A DNA stretch of 64,000 bases from Octopus vulgaris (lineage: Eukaryota), in the NCBI GenBank assembly GCA_951406725.2, contig OX597823.1, positions 21,142,001-21,206,000 on the forward strand. The letters are read 5' to 3'. The notes beneath the pieces were generated by a model that worked only from the letters and a program-made list of their open reading frames with translations, was not told the DNA's origin and made no database searches. The position numbers were made by a program, and so were the translations under genes. The first letter of the stretch is position 1. Every line of letters starts with the position of its first letter. This document shows positions 37,812 through 51,194 of the stretch, piece by piece.

Positions 37812-39160
37812 AACACATATGAGTTTTCCAAAACATCCTAGGGGGTGAGGCTACACTCATGAAGTATCGAAGAGAGTTCTATGAAAAGCAAAGTTAGGTT
37901 GTAAGCAGACTTAAAATGTTTTCTAATGATGCACAGTTTTATAAAAGGTTTTTAAAAAGATTGTTAGCTTCTCAGAAAATGTAAATCCATCCATAATAAT
38001 GCAGGTGTAATTTCCGGAGATATGAGGAAAGATTTTATTCGCAGAGAAAATGAATGTATCCATAATAATGCAGATGTAATTTCCTGATGTATGAAGAAAA
38101 GATGTTGATCACACATCTATTCATATCACAAACTAAGTTGTTGGAAGAAGAGATTGGCTATAGTGGCTAAAAGAAGTCGCAAAAGAAGTCAGTGAAGCAG
38201 AAACCGCCCAAATAAGGACATTATGGGAGGAGGGGGTAGGGGAATAAGACGGCGTAAGTATACTACCTACAAAGGTTAGTTTATTTCTGTGGTGACAGAA
38301 AATCTGGGTCAGTGTTGCAGGAATTCAAGATTTATAAGGGAACATTATTTTTGACCAGCAAACAGCTATTAACTGCCACTCCTACAGAGTTAATGGCAGG
38401 ATAAAGAATATAAAGAGATCAAAGGAAAGAATTAAAGGGGTCAAAGGCTATCAGTAGAGGAAGATACAGTAAGAAATTTAAGGGCAACACTAGAACAGAA
38501 GGTTATTTATTTATTATTGTTTCTATTTTTACTAATGTTTATATATTGGAAGACAGAATTTAGGTCAAAACCTAGAGGTCAGATAATTTCTATAGTAAAT
38601 GGTGTAAGAGTTTTGCTTATTCAAAATATAGTGAAACTTCTTTATATTATTATTAAGGGAGTAGTATTACCTATTAAATTTAGAATAGAATTAGGAAGTA
38701 TTAGCAATTTATTTAATTTAAGTTAGGTTAATTAAATTGACGATATAGTCAATTAAAACTTGGCATCGTACGAATACTATTTGTTTTTATGTTTTAAACA
38801 GGTACAGTTAAAAAGAAAGAACACCAGTGGAAGAGCTCACAGATTTCTATTTAAAATATATTAGAGTTTTGCTTTTTTAGTAAATACAAGATAGACCTAA
38901 CTCTATACGGTTATTCTATACGATTTTCATTTAAAATATTTAAGAGTCTTGATTTTTTAGTGAATACAAGACGGACCTAATTCAATACGTTATTTAATAA
39001 TTTTTTTTTTCTATGCTTTAAAATTTCATGTCTCCATGGAGCAGAGTTGGCAACCTACCCTGTTATTTCTATAAGGTATCGCCCTTCTAACTATTTCCCA
39101 TTTAAGGTTATGTTTAATATTATTATCTTTGAGTTCCCAGATCTTACTGGAAAGTGTTGT

Positions 39161-40087
39161 TCAGCCAGCTTTATGACGTAACTTAAATGAGGAGTAATGA
39201 TTGCTAACTCGTTGCTTAAATTTTAAAGTACAACCCAGATAAAGAAATTTGCTATTCTCAGTAGTTATAGTACATTTATAGATTACGTTATAGGCCCCAC
39301 ACAGACCAGGTGCCGGACATTTTGTCTTAATCCTACAATTACACCTAGGGGGATAATCTTCAGATTTAGAATTATTTAAGGTTAGATATCTCATATTGCT
39401 GCTATCCAGATTATTATGAGTATAATTATCGTTATTATAGGTAATGTTGTTATCTAAAGCTGTGTTATGATTTATCGATCCGCTTACACTATCATTTATC
39501 TCTATAGCCATATCATAATTATCAGCATTATTGGTATTGCTACTATTATTGCTTGTATTTATATCCGAATGCATATTGCTGTTATAGATATCAATGTTAT
39601 CTTCATTCCCGATATTTTCTCTATTTGCATTGCTCATATTATTATCATTATTATTCCTATTAATATTAATATTATTATTTATTATTCCATGGTTATTGAT
39701 GCTACCCTTGTTTTGATAATTACTATTATTGTTGTTATTATTTTTATTTTTGATAATATTATTACAATTATTATTGGTATTCATGTTGGTATTAGTCCTA
39801 TTATTCCTGGCTAACTTAATGCTTTTATTATTAATTTTAGCTATTATAGTGGACATATTTGGGAGGGTTGAATAAGAAATCCTAACCGTTCTTTTAGAAA
39901 TTATTCTATGATATTTATGAGAGGCTAGAACATTTTTTTCTAGAATTAATTTGAATCTGCCGTGTATAACCGATAAAATCGTACAGTTGAAAGGAATATT
40001 CAGCCAGATTATATCTTCCTTATTATGTTTTCTTAAATTAGAATTAGGGTTGGTTGAATTATTACTGAACCCCCTGTTTATAATCAC
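39161..40087 (-). pseudogene. Penelope-like GIY-YIG endonuclease region with Asn-rich linker
   Basis: IIWLNIPF (cf. IIWFNPP), RTVRISYSTLPN, CNCR..CP..G.C...VIY.C, LYLG.T..FKQR..NH..SF; premature TGA; no RT upstream. Confidence 0.88.
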
Positions 40088-40192
40088 CCCACATTATTTT
40101 ATGGTTAATACCATAAAGATTTCTGGTGCATCTAAGTTAACTACCGCATTCATTTGAATTCATTGGAATTCACTTGAATCTTAATTGTTTTA

Positions 40193-40227
<35 letters not shown>

Positions 40228-40697
40228 TGAGAATTTACAAAAAAAAACAAAAGACAAAGACAGGTGTGTAAAGAACAACCAGATGTATTAGTTTAACGCT
40301 CGGGAAGTGAGAAAGTCTTTTACGTTTCGAGTCTATATATATATATATATGTGTGCGTGTGTGTGTGTGTGGCTGTGTGTGTGGAAAAAAGTTAAGGTAG
40401 AAAATGCAAAAATAATTTTGTAAAAAACACTTCAGTACCGGTTTCAGTCATTGAAACTTTTTCAACTCTAAGTATGGAAAACAATTAAATTTTGGAAAAA
40501 TTGAAAGAAAAGTTTTTTAAAAGAATATTTGCATAGCATTCAAATACAAGGGGCATTTTCCTTGTTTCTGCCTGTCTCTGTCTCTCTCGTTTATTCTTGT
40601 GGGTTCGAGGTTGTTGTGTGTATATATTTCCGTAAACCTGCCTTCGTCTTTTGTCTATTTTCATAAAGCTTCCCGTTATATATATATATATATAAAT

Positions 40698-41268
40698 TAT
40701 AAATTAGGGTATCTACGTGATACCACCATGCTGAAAATAGCAGCCATGATCTAACTCTAAAACAACTTTAAGTGTCCATATATCGACACGGAGAGAAAAC
40801 AAAGAGACAAGATGAAACTAGTAAAAAATTACTGGATAATTCTAGATCCCGGATCCAGTTCAAAATTTATATAAATTTTAATTTATTTCGTCACTGTATT
40901 TATTGCGGCTATATTTTGACCATATCTCACATGGAATTAAACGGCGGGCATTTTAAACTGGCCATGATGCATACGTGCATATATATGTAGGTATACGTTC
41001 GTATATGTAAGTATTCGTATGTTGTATTTATATATATATATGTATTTATGTTTCTCCTTTGTGTGTATTCTACTGACGAGGCAAATTATTTCTAAGTGCA
41101 AAGTCAGAAATCCGAGATCTAGAATTATCCAGTAATTTTCTACTAGTTTCATCTTGTCTCTTTGGTTTCTCTCCTTGTTGATATATATGGACAATTAAGG
41201 TTGTTTTAGAGTCAGATCATGGCTGATATTTTCAGCATGGTGGTATCTCGTAGATACCTTAATTTATA
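40698..41268 (+). mobile_element. Penelope-type fold-back element (arms about 40698-40854 / 41110-41268)
   Basis: About 157-bp inverted repeat with scattered mismatches; hammerhead overlaps the start of the forward arm. Confidence 0.88.
41067..41125 (+). ncRNA. Type I hammerhead, AUC site (after 41119)
   Basis: ATTCTA-CTGACGA-GGC...GTCA-GAAA-TC CGA GATC-TAGAAT: 6-bp stem I and intact core; base of stem II imperfect. Confidence 0.75.
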
Positions 41269-41285
41269 CCCGAGCAAAACCTTGT

Positions 41286-41323
41286 CAGTAGATTTGGTAG
41301 ACGGAAATTGAAAGAAGCCCGTC

Positions 41324-41363
<40 letters not shown>

Positions 41364-41367
41364 ACGT

Positions 41368-41406
<39 letters not shown>

Positions 41407-41573
41407 CCTTCACTATCGCTTTACAACCGATGGTAGCATGCATTCGTCCCCGTAACTTAGCGGTTCGGTAAAAGAGCCTGATATAATAAGTTGTGGGGTC
41501 GATTTGTTCGACTAAAGACGGTGCTTCAGCGTAGCCGCAGTCAAATGACTCAAACAAATGAAAGAATAAAAGA
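41286..41573 (+). mobile_element. SINE family A (5'-truncated)
   Basis: GATTTGGTAGACGGAAA.TGAAAGAAGCCCGTC...CAGTCAAATGACT. Confidence 0.85.
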
Positions 41574-41799
41574 ATATATATTCTTTTATTCTTTCATTTA
41601 TTATGTATGTATATATATATATACAAACACACAGGTGGAGCTTGAATAGTTTTAGCCGAACAAATCGACCCCAGGGCTTATTTCTTAAGTCTAGTACTTA
41701 TTGTATTGCCCTTTTGTGCCGAACTGCAAGCTTACCGGTTGTCAAACACAGACGCAAAAACTCACGCACATATGCATATATACATACATGTGTGTGTAA

Positions 41800-41846
<47 letters not shown>

Positions 41847-41849
<3 letters not shown>

Positions 41850-42731
41850 GATGCGGTGAATAAACTATCGTCTAAATTACGCAAAAATGAAAACATCAGA
41901 CATCTCATTCTAACGAATATATTTACGAAAATAACATAAAATATCCTGAAATACAAATGAATAAATCTATTCAATAAAATTACCATTGGCTTTAACCACA
42001 CCTTCCAGACGACTTCGGAATCTCCTGCAGCTCTTCCGGATTCTCTCCTTGATTACGCAGGTTAATGCTGCCATAATCGTTGCCTTCAGTTCATCTTTGT
42101 TGTTAGAAAGAGTTTATTTGGTTTCCCGCTCAGCTGCGCTCCACTCATAGTAATCAAGGGGATTGCAGTCTGAGGAGTTAGGTGGCCAGATGTTAAGGGT
42201 GATGTGGTTTCAAAAATAGTCTGACTTCCATGATTGGGTTCTCCTGCTTGTATTGCATGGTGCAGAGTCCTGTTGGCAGACATAGGGTCTTCTAACAGCC
42301 AGTCTCTTGGCCTAGAACAACACTAACTCTTCCAGGCCCTTGATTTAGGCCTCCGTGTTGAGTGTGAGACCGTTGGGAAGGTGAATGTAGGCATAACGTC
42401 ACCATCACTAGTGATCACTCCAAACACCATGGTGTTAACTGGATGTTTGAATTTTATCACTCTCCGTACATATCCTCAGATTGTACTGTCCTCAGATTGT
42501 ACATGTCCTCAGATTGACACCCAGACACTCTGAAATATTCGTATTGGAGCTTCCAGCGCGAATGCCAAGCAGTATGGCATGTCGTTTGCAAATTTCACTA
42601 TGTGTGAATTACGTCATGGTGATGTTTTTGCCACAGATGTTGCCCAACTGAACCAATTAAAAAAAACAAAAAAGACCATAAGCATGCGCGAAATTAAGAA
42701 TATGAAATTGCGACAATTTACCCATCGCACC

Positions 42732-42734
<3 letters not shown>
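41847..42734 (-). mobile_element. Internally deleted DD37D/maT DNA transposon with both TIRs
   Basis: TIRs CAGGATGCGGTGAATAAACTATCG and CGACAATTTACCCATCGCACCCT; minus strand KHPVNTMVFGVITSDGDVMP, QQDSAPC, WPPNSSDCNPLDYY.W. Confidence 0.9.
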
Positions 42735-42814
<80 letters not shown>

Positions 42815-43897
42815 CGTGTATGCGTGTGTTTGTTGTAATTATTGGTAATAGACAGTAGAACTTGTCAGAGTATGGGGAACAGTAGATGAGAGAGTGTATT
42901 TATGTGAGAGACCCACCTGTGTATTTATACGTGCGTATATGTATATTTCTCTTTCTACGTGTGTATATATGATTATGTGTGTTGGTGCCTCTTCGTGTAT
43001 GATTCTGTGTATGTATGTGTCTGAGCTCGAGGATGAAAGAAAATTACTGAGGATTTTTCTGAGCTAAGGAGTTAAAGTAAAAGTGAGAGATGGCTAATGT
43101 CAGACAGAGAGGGCTAGCGAGAAGGAGAGAAAAACAGAGAGTGTGTTATAATGAATTAGAGAGACAGTGAGAAAGGAAGGCATAGAGTGAGAAAATTTAA
43201 GGTGAGTAAAAGAGGCCCAAACTGAGGAAGAATGTGTATATGTCCGTTTTACTTATGGGTATGTTGCGTATGCATATATGTACGTGTATGTGCATGTTTA
43301 TGAATGCATGTGTTTAATGATTCCAGAGCTAGCTTATTGACTGGAATGTTCATTTACTTGTATACTGTGTTAGAGAGATTGTAGCTGATGTTCTTTCCAA
43401 GGTCAGATTAGATCGAACAGACCTTTCATCAAAGAGTTTCCAATGTTGAATATTCCATGAATATTTTATGCGCTGAGAGCCTAGGGTTACGTAATGCAGC
43501 GACTCCTCTTCCTTCAAACGATGGGAAGGAAATCTCGGAGGTATTTGGGTGCTATTTCTAACATGATAAGCGACTACGTAGAAAGTTTATTTTTAAGAAC
43601 ACTAATTTGTTATTCCATTCAGGTTATGGCGAAGAAGAATAAGCCTATCCTTGAAGCTATACCGCATACTATTACAGGCGGAGAAAACGGGGAGAATGAG
43701 AGAGAAAGAGAGAAGCAAATAAATAAATAAAGAAAGAAAGAAAGAAAGAAAGAAAGCAACAATAAAAAATAAAAAGAATAAAAAATGAGAGCCGAAGAAG
43801 GGTGATAGATAGATAGATGCATACATACATACATACATACATACATACATACATACATACATACATACATACATACATACATACATACATACATACA

Positions 43898-43970
<73 letters not shown>

Positions 43971-44196
43971 GGAGTGGAAGGCAGGCGGGAGAAATGGATA
44001 TAGAGAATGAAAGATCAATTACTTTACCGTGACGGCATCACTAATTTTTTTTTTTTTTTTGCTAGAAATATTATCTTCAATGATATTGATCAATATAGGA
44101 AGGGCGAGAGTTATAGGACGGTGCATTGATCTTGGAGCAAAACTAATCACCTTTATCGTGCAAGTGTGTGTCTTTGTTTTTTTGCGTGTGTGTGCA

Positions 44197-44232
<36 letters not shown>

Positions 44233-45948
44233 TTTGCTTTACCTTTTTTCCCATTTCTTTTATATTTAGTTTTTGACTTCTTGGGATTCTGTTTGCTTCA
44301 AGATGTAAATAATGGAATGTTTTTTTGTTTGTTTTGTTGTGTTTTGTTTTCTTGATAAGGGCGTTTCTTTTTATAGGAGATTGCAATATCCTTCCGACCA
44401 CCACCAACACCACTTATACTAACGCCACCACCACCACTACCACCACCTATACCAACTCTAATACTATCACCACCAACATCATTATCACCAACAGCAAGAT
44501 TATCACAACCGCCACATCATAACATCAAAGGGACATCTTTAAACTACTTCAGCGGTGGTAACTGCAGAAATCGATATAGAATTATATCGAGAGCTGCAGT
44601 TACTTAGCTCTAGCTCATCTCTGATCTATTGGATCTATTTTCAAAGGCGTTCCAGCCTTGACCATTTCGCTCGTTAATCATTTCTGACATACTACGTGGA
44701 AGGGCTCCATAATTCAGTTATAATTGTTTTAGCTGCTTTAACCCATGTCACCGTTGTTCCATAACACCTATGATAAAAGTCGTCCCAGGTTCAATATAGC
44801 GAGAACAACATTATTCAAATTGACCCTCCTTATTGTTGATTAAAATCAGCCCTGATTCAGCAGATTATTATCAAGCTGTGATCAAACTTTATATTTTCGT
44901 AGTCTGTGAGTCTTTGTTTTTGCTATTCTTGTTTTTTTACCACAAATCATTCCTAATCCAGTTGGCCAGGTATGCTAATCATGGCCCCACAGTGCTTACT
45001 TTTAGCTACGATATATGTATGACTACATCTCTTTGTATTTCCTTGCATGTTGTTTTCTTAAAAGATTATTTGCATCACAACAATAGACGTTAACGAAATA
45101 GCTAAATCATACACTAGTTTGACTTTGAATATTTAATGTAACGTTACTATCAACATATTTACACTTTCCGCAAGCAACATAGAAGCACATATACATTAAA
45201 TATTAAAATCTCAAACTATGACGTCAAATGCAGATTAATATGTTTTGCGAAACCGTATAATTATGACAAAAGTCTTTGCATGCTCTGCTTTCGTGAAAGT
45301 GTAGAATAAGATTATTAAACAATTACGTTCTCTATTAAGATTTCACTAATAATATTTTGTAATCTCATGTGCACATAAACAATTTGAAAAGTTCAGTTTA
45401 GCCTTTATTCAGAGCAAATAATTGAAAATAGACCAAGAGAGTGATGTATTCACTCATGCAACACCTTTCCGAATTAAAATATTTACTTCACAAGAGAGTG
45501 TTCATCATACAAAGACCACACACTAGGCTGCTGATAACTTCCAACAAAGACTTTTTCGTTGTAATTAAACACATATCTCTATTAATATTTAAATACATCT
45601 GTTTAGATCGACCACTGTGCAACGATATTTCCCCCTTCTTTAACTCTACATATTTCTTCCCTTTTCTCAATCAATATTCTCGCTTATTGTCTATCTTCGC
45701 CACTTTTACACATCATGACGAACAACATAAGCAAATTATTTGATCAATGTTCTTCATTACAATACCATGATTCAAGAGGAGATATTATGGCGAATTTGTA
45801 ATCGCAAACTTTTCAAACAAGCACACACACACACACATCACTCAGTTCTGTCTTAGTCGTTGTTATTTCTTAGTTCAATGCATTAAAGTTCTTCTAATTA
45901 TTATTATTAGTAATATTGTCTTTTTCTGTATTATATTAATGGATTCAT

Positions 45949-46036
<88 letters not shown>

Positions 46037-46606
46037 TATATATACATATGTATATATATATATATATACATACATTATACATATGTATATACATATGTAT
46101 ATACATATGTATACATATGCGTATATATACTTATATATATGCATGTATGTATGTATAAGTATAGTTTAATGCATATATGCATATATGCAAAAACACTGGC
46201 ACACAGGTGTATGTGTAGGTTGAAGTTTAGTATGTAAAGCGCTGTATGAAATGGCGAATACGTGCATAATTATAAGACATATTTACATAATTTGATAAAT
46301 ACAAAACACAAACTATACCACACACAGACACTCACACATGCACACATACACACCTACACGCAGACCTACACACACATGACTGCGACTTGCAAATTCAATT
46401 TAGATATGGAGAACTGCGTTCTCATTATATTGTTTCAATTAAAATTAGCACGTGTTTTTACATAGCAATATACAAATGTATACGATGTATATGGAAGGGT
46501 GTGCAGGCATGTGCGTGTACGTAATACTGCATATTTACGTAAAATATATGCACATTACACAAACACTTCTGCACAAAATTGAATGCACACATATATATAT
46601 ATATGT

Positions 46607-46973
46607 GCCCAGTGGTTAGGGCAGCGGACTCGCGGTCATAGGATCGCGGTTTCGATTCCCAGACCGGGCGTTGTGAGTGTTTATTGAGCGAAAACACCTA
46701 AACCTCCACGAGGCTCCGGCAGGGATGGTGGTGATCCTTGCTCTACCCTTTCACCACAACTTTCTCTCACTCTTACTTCCTGTTTCTGTTGTACCTGTAT
46801 TTCAAAGGGCCGGCCTTGTCACTCTCTGTGTCACGCTGAATATCCCCGAGAACTACGTTAAAGGTACACGTGTCTGTAGAGTGCTCAGCCACTTACATGT
46901 TAATTTCACGAGCAGGCTGTTCCGTTGATCGGATCAACCGGAACCATCATCGTCGTAACCGACGGAGTGCTTC

Positions 46974-46975
<2 letters not shown>
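46607..46975 (+). mobile_element. tRNA-derived SINE family D
   Basis: Highly similar to 16711-17099. Confidence 0.92.
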
Positions 46976-47028
<53 letters not shown>

Positions 47029-47146
47029 AAATAAGAGCAGAAGAAAAATTCTAATGCCAGATACGCCGAAACAAAAAAATTGTCGATAACCATTAAATTT
47101 ATGCGTCTCGAAACAAACCGATAGAAATTTCTAAAAAATTCGTTAT

Positions 47147-47205
47147 TACCGTATTGGTCCAATTTCGGGGTTAATTCACAAGAAATTTTCTCCTCTTCAG
47201 CGGTA
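47147..47205 (-). ncRNA. Type I hammerhead, AUA site
   Basis: TACCG-CTGAAGA-GGAG...CCCC-GAAA-TTGG A CCAA-TA-CGGTA: 5-bp stem I, intact core, 1-nt loop III. Confidence 0.82.
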
Positions 47206-47491
47206 CATACGCGAGATATAAATGAAATACTTATTCATACCCATGGAAGAAGCAAGCACCAAGTCCCGAGCAGACTTAAGGACCCCAAATATGTCCAAAT
47301 AAAAAAATCTTCGGCGCACCTCGAGACACGTGTGATTCGAACTAGAAACTTTCACAGAGTGATATAATCCATAATCCGGAAGTGAACACTAATCTATTTA
47401 TAATTGATATAGGATAAAATTTTTTTCGGGAAAAAATTTTTTATCAATGGCCAGCATATCAAAAAATGCCTTTAAAGGTAAAATTTATACA

Positions 47492-47533
<42 letters not shown>

Positions 47534-47685
47534 AATAATTGAATGAATTATCTTATTAAGGATAATTCGAAAGATAACCGATACCTGGGTAGCAAATTCA
47601 CATCAGAAAGAACACGGTTGAAGCTACGTCCCTAGGGCATAGACTACATGTCTTCGTGCGGAAATTTGTATGTTTATTTTAAAAT

Positions 47686-47887
47686 TATAAGTATATGAAA
47701 GAATGGAGTTGAACGACTAGTTAACAAATATCCTTTATTCTCGACATAAGTTCCTTGATTTTCCTGATGAGAAATCTGCATAATGTACTCCTTATTCCTT
47801 TGGAATTAGGAATATGCAGCCTTCGAAACATACGTCGAGAATAAAGGATATTTGTTAACTACTCGTTCAACTCCATTCTTTCATATA

Positions 47888-47893
<6 letters not shown>
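47686..47893 (+). mobile_element. Minimal fold-back element (arms 47686-47748 / 47831-47893)
   Basis: 63-bp inverted repeat with 2 mismatches; right end abuts (TA)n. Confidence 0.9.
47758..47842 (+). ncRNA. Type I hammerhead, canonical core, GUC site (after 47836)
   Basis: ATTTTC-CTGATGA-GAA..CTGCATA...TATGCAG..TTC-GAAA-C-ATAC-GTC-GAGAAT. Confidence 0.87.
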
Positions 47894-47939
<46 letters not shown>

Positions 47940-48189
47940 GCTGGTTCTATGCAGAACATTCATACTCAGAAGTCTGGATTACTGCCCCTAAATGTGGCCA
48001 CTCTACAGTGGCAAATTAATAGCGGAACTTGAGGCATTTCAGTAATGCTACACCAGGAAGATTCCATCAATGGAATTTTTTATTCTTAATCGTTATTGAT
48101 TTGTTTGTTTGTTTACATTCACTTTATGTAAATCTTCAGTGTAGTATTTATTGTCCTTCGTTTCGTGTGAGTCCTTTGTAGGGAATAAA

Positions 48190-48370
48190 GAATTATTATT
48201 TATTGTGTTTGCACAGCTTCTAAAACTGGAGATGTACTACGTTGCCAGCCGTTTACTACCAGTGAACTGGGGTAAAATCCCTTATTTTTTGAGCACCATC
48301 TGGAGTATTCGAGCAGTATTGTTTTCTGCAAATGTTCCACCCTTATTGGAGCCCCTATCTGTTCTATCGT
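48190..48370 (-). mobile_element. 3' tip of a second R4/Dong-type LINE in (TAA)n
   Basis: IEQIGAPIRVEHLQKTIL/TARILQMVL-stop (cf. LQK..LLGTARILR.VL), short UTR ending AATAAATAATAAT; upstream (AAT)n. Confidence 0.65.
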
Positions 48371-48388
48371 TATTATTATCATTATTAC

Positions 48389-48437
<49 letters not shown>

Positions 48438-48456
48438 GTTATTATTATTATTATTA

Positions 48457-48523
<67 letters not shown>
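48371..48523. repeat. (TTA)n microsatellite
   Basis: Direct reading. Confidence 0.97.
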
Positions 48524-48524
<1 letters not shown>

Positions 48525-49080
48525 GAGTGAGAGAGAAGTGCATGTCAGCAAAATGACACTGAGGTAAACTATACGAAGCCCAGTATACCCATCATGACTA
48601 CCAGTCTGATAAGAGTACACTAGGCACATGCATTAAAACCAATTGTGCGGGACATTGTGATCTCACATCAAGATAAACAGCGCATGACCTTGCAGGTGGG
48701 GCTCAGTTAGAATTTTCTTCTGGTCGAGTAACCCCTCCCGCTCAAAAGCTCCCTGAATAAGGGTTGTTAAGGATGTTGAACGAAATACCCATGTTTCGAA
48801 AGGTGAATTATCCAAACTTCCAAGAATTCCTTTCAACACACGGCTATGATGCCCCTCCGCTACTTCTGCTTGTGATCAGAGATGCACATATCGTCAGCCA
48901 CTAAGGGACATAGTCAAGTGGTTAAGGTCAAACAACTGACAAGCAAATCTGTGGTACTGAACAGAATATTTGTTGTAAGCCCCTCTTTTATACCAAGACA
49001 AAACAATGTACATGATAACACTTCCAATGAGTTAAGATCAGAAGCCATGAGAGCCACTGTCTGGTACTGCATCAAGGCAT
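48524..49080. mobile_element. Unclassified GC-richer element inserted in (ATT)n
   Basis: Sharp compositional boundaries with ATT repeats on both sides; no ORF recognised. Confidence 0.4.
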
Positions 49081-49140
49081 TCATTATTATTTTTTTTTTA
49101 TCATCATCATCATCATCATCATTATTATTATTATTATAAT

Positions 49141-49484
49141 TAGTTCAAATTCCACCGAGGTCGACTTTGCCTTTCATCCTTTCGTGGTCGATTAAATAAT
49201 TACCAGTTACGCACTGGAGTCGATATAATCGACTTAATCCGTTTGTGTGTCCTTGTTTGTCCTCTCTGTGTTTAGCCCCTTGTGGGTAGTGAAGAAATAG
49301 GTATTTCCTCTGTCTTTACGTTCTGAGGTCAAATTCCGCCGAGGTCGACTTTGCCTTTCATCCTTTCGGGGTCGATTAGATAACTACTAGTTACGCACTG
49401 GGGTCGATATAATCGACTTAATCCGTTTGTCTGTCCTTGTTTGTCTCCTCTATGTTTAGCCTCTTGTGGACAATAAAGAAATAA
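49141..49484 (+). mobile_element. SINE family B, headless dimer
   Basis: Two GTCGACTTTGCCTTTCATCCTTTCG units. Confidence 0.88.
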
Positions 49485-50119
49485 GAAACGAATTTAAAAG
49501 AAAAAATACCGACAAACTGCAAAACCCCTCACCTTCTGAGAAATTCTGCACACGCAACAGATTCAATACTTAGCTGTGCATCATCAGTTCGATCATACTA
49601 ATCGCTTCATGGAGAGGGTGTTGACAGATGATAGATCTGCAGATAGATATAAGGCTATAATAACTTTCTTTCGTAAAGAGCGAAAGAAGAAAAACCTTCA
49701 ACAAGAATGCTTTTCAAAAGTCAAAATGGCCATCTGCAAAAAACATAGAAATAATTGTTTGCCGCTCTCTTTGCATGTTCGTTAATCTCGCGTTTAAAAT
49801 CCGCTCTTACATGAATTATAAAATATTCTTTCATTTGAACGTAGATTATCTGACTAGCATTTATGCAAAAGCACTTTATGAAATGTTGATTTTATGCTAA
49901 TATTTTTTATGTAGCTGCTTCTATTATTATCGTGTATATGGCCGTCTGAAAGTGGTCTTTTTTTTATCTTCCATTCTTCTGTTTATCAGTTTAAATGCAT
50001 GGAAGTAAAACAAATAATCGATGAAGCCCACTTTGTATTATTACTCAAGTAATAAAGTCACCAGTAATCATTTTGTGGAATATTCTTTTCTGATTAGAAC
50101 TGAAAATTTATATTGTTTA

Positions 50120-50296
50120 TCCTCCTCCTCCTCCTCCTCCTCCTCCTCCTCCTCCTCCTCCTTCTATTCCTTATCACCATCATCTTCATCAGCATCATCA
50201 TCATCATAGTGATCATCATCATCAACATCATCCTTATCATCTCTATCAGTAGCAGAAACAGTAGTAGCAATAGCAGCAGCGATACTACTACTACTG

Positions 50297-50347
<51 letters not shown>

Positions 50348-50491
50348 GTACTACTACTACCACTACTGCTGCTGCTGCTTCTGCAACTATTACAACTACT
50401 ACTACTAATAATAATGACAATAATAATAATAGTAATAATAAGGCTGAGATACTACTACTACTATTGCTACTAATGCTTCTACTACTACTAC

Positions 50492-50520
<29 letters not shown>
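50120..50520. repeat. Compound (CCT)/(CAT)/(CTA)/(TAG) microsatellite field
   Basis: Direct reading. Confidence 0.95.
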
Positions 50521-50522
<2 letters not shown>

Positions 50523-50526
50523 GCCA

Positions 50527-51150
50527 TCATCATTGTTTTATTCAACTGTATTGCCTATCTTCATCTCGTAGGCGGATATTCTTTCGTTATCGTTGTTTCA
50601 TTTTTTCCTTTGTTTCTAGCGTTACGGTAGACATGCTTTTCTTCCAAATGTCCACTAACTTATGTATAAGCAACAGCTATAATGAGAAATCTACAATTAA
50701 GGTGACATACAAAAACATATTAATCTGCAATATATATATACATAGTTTGAGATTTTAATATTTAATGTATATGAGCGTCTATGTTGCTTGCGGAAAGAGT
50801 AAATATGTTGATAGTAACGTTACATGAAATATACTATCATTTATTTAATATTTATACCAACATGAATGTTGCCGTAGCATACAAGAATAACTCGCATCAA
50901 TGGCTACGTATATATAACAACATCATCAAATGAGTATTTCATAGCACCACAAACTTATATTTGGTAATAAAAGCTACGCATATTTCATATTACCACTAAT
51001 ATATACTATATAGTTCTCCATGTGTTCGGCTTGAAAAATTACTAAAAGATTTTCCTTAAAATGAAACCAATGGTAACCTTCAAACACAAGTAAAGAAATG
51101 GTATTCGCCAATGCGGTGATGAGCACTCATTTTCATTGTGTGACATTTGC

Positions 51151-51152
<2 letters not shown>
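50527..51152. repeat. Diverged direct duplication of 54325-54826
   Basis: Shared blocks CATCATTGTTTTAT, TTTCGTTATCGTTGTTT, GTAGACATGCTTTTCTTCCAAATG, ATTTCATAGCACC, GGCTTGAAAAATTACTAA, TGTGACATTTGC. Confidence 0.88.

Positions 51153-51192
<40 letters not shown>

Positions 51193-51194
<2 letters not shown>

Larger units (their letters stand above)
37690..40195 (-). mobile_element. 5'-truncated Penelope-like element (Naiad-type): thumb remnant, GIY-YIG endonuclease, long 3' region with hammerhead; bounded by (TA)n
   Basis: ORF 39161-40087 plus continuation TTLSSKIWELK..LKWEIV...Y....CQLC and LLN...EL...CIH; hammerhead on the same strand at 37724-37811. Continuity of the intervening 3' region is assumed. 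Confidence 0.8.

Noticed and set aside
39161-39163. In-frame TGA in the Naiad-type ORF (some Naiads encode selenoproteins)
   Set aside because: Not at a conserved Cys position; conserved Cys residues use TGT/TGC and no SECIS was evident.
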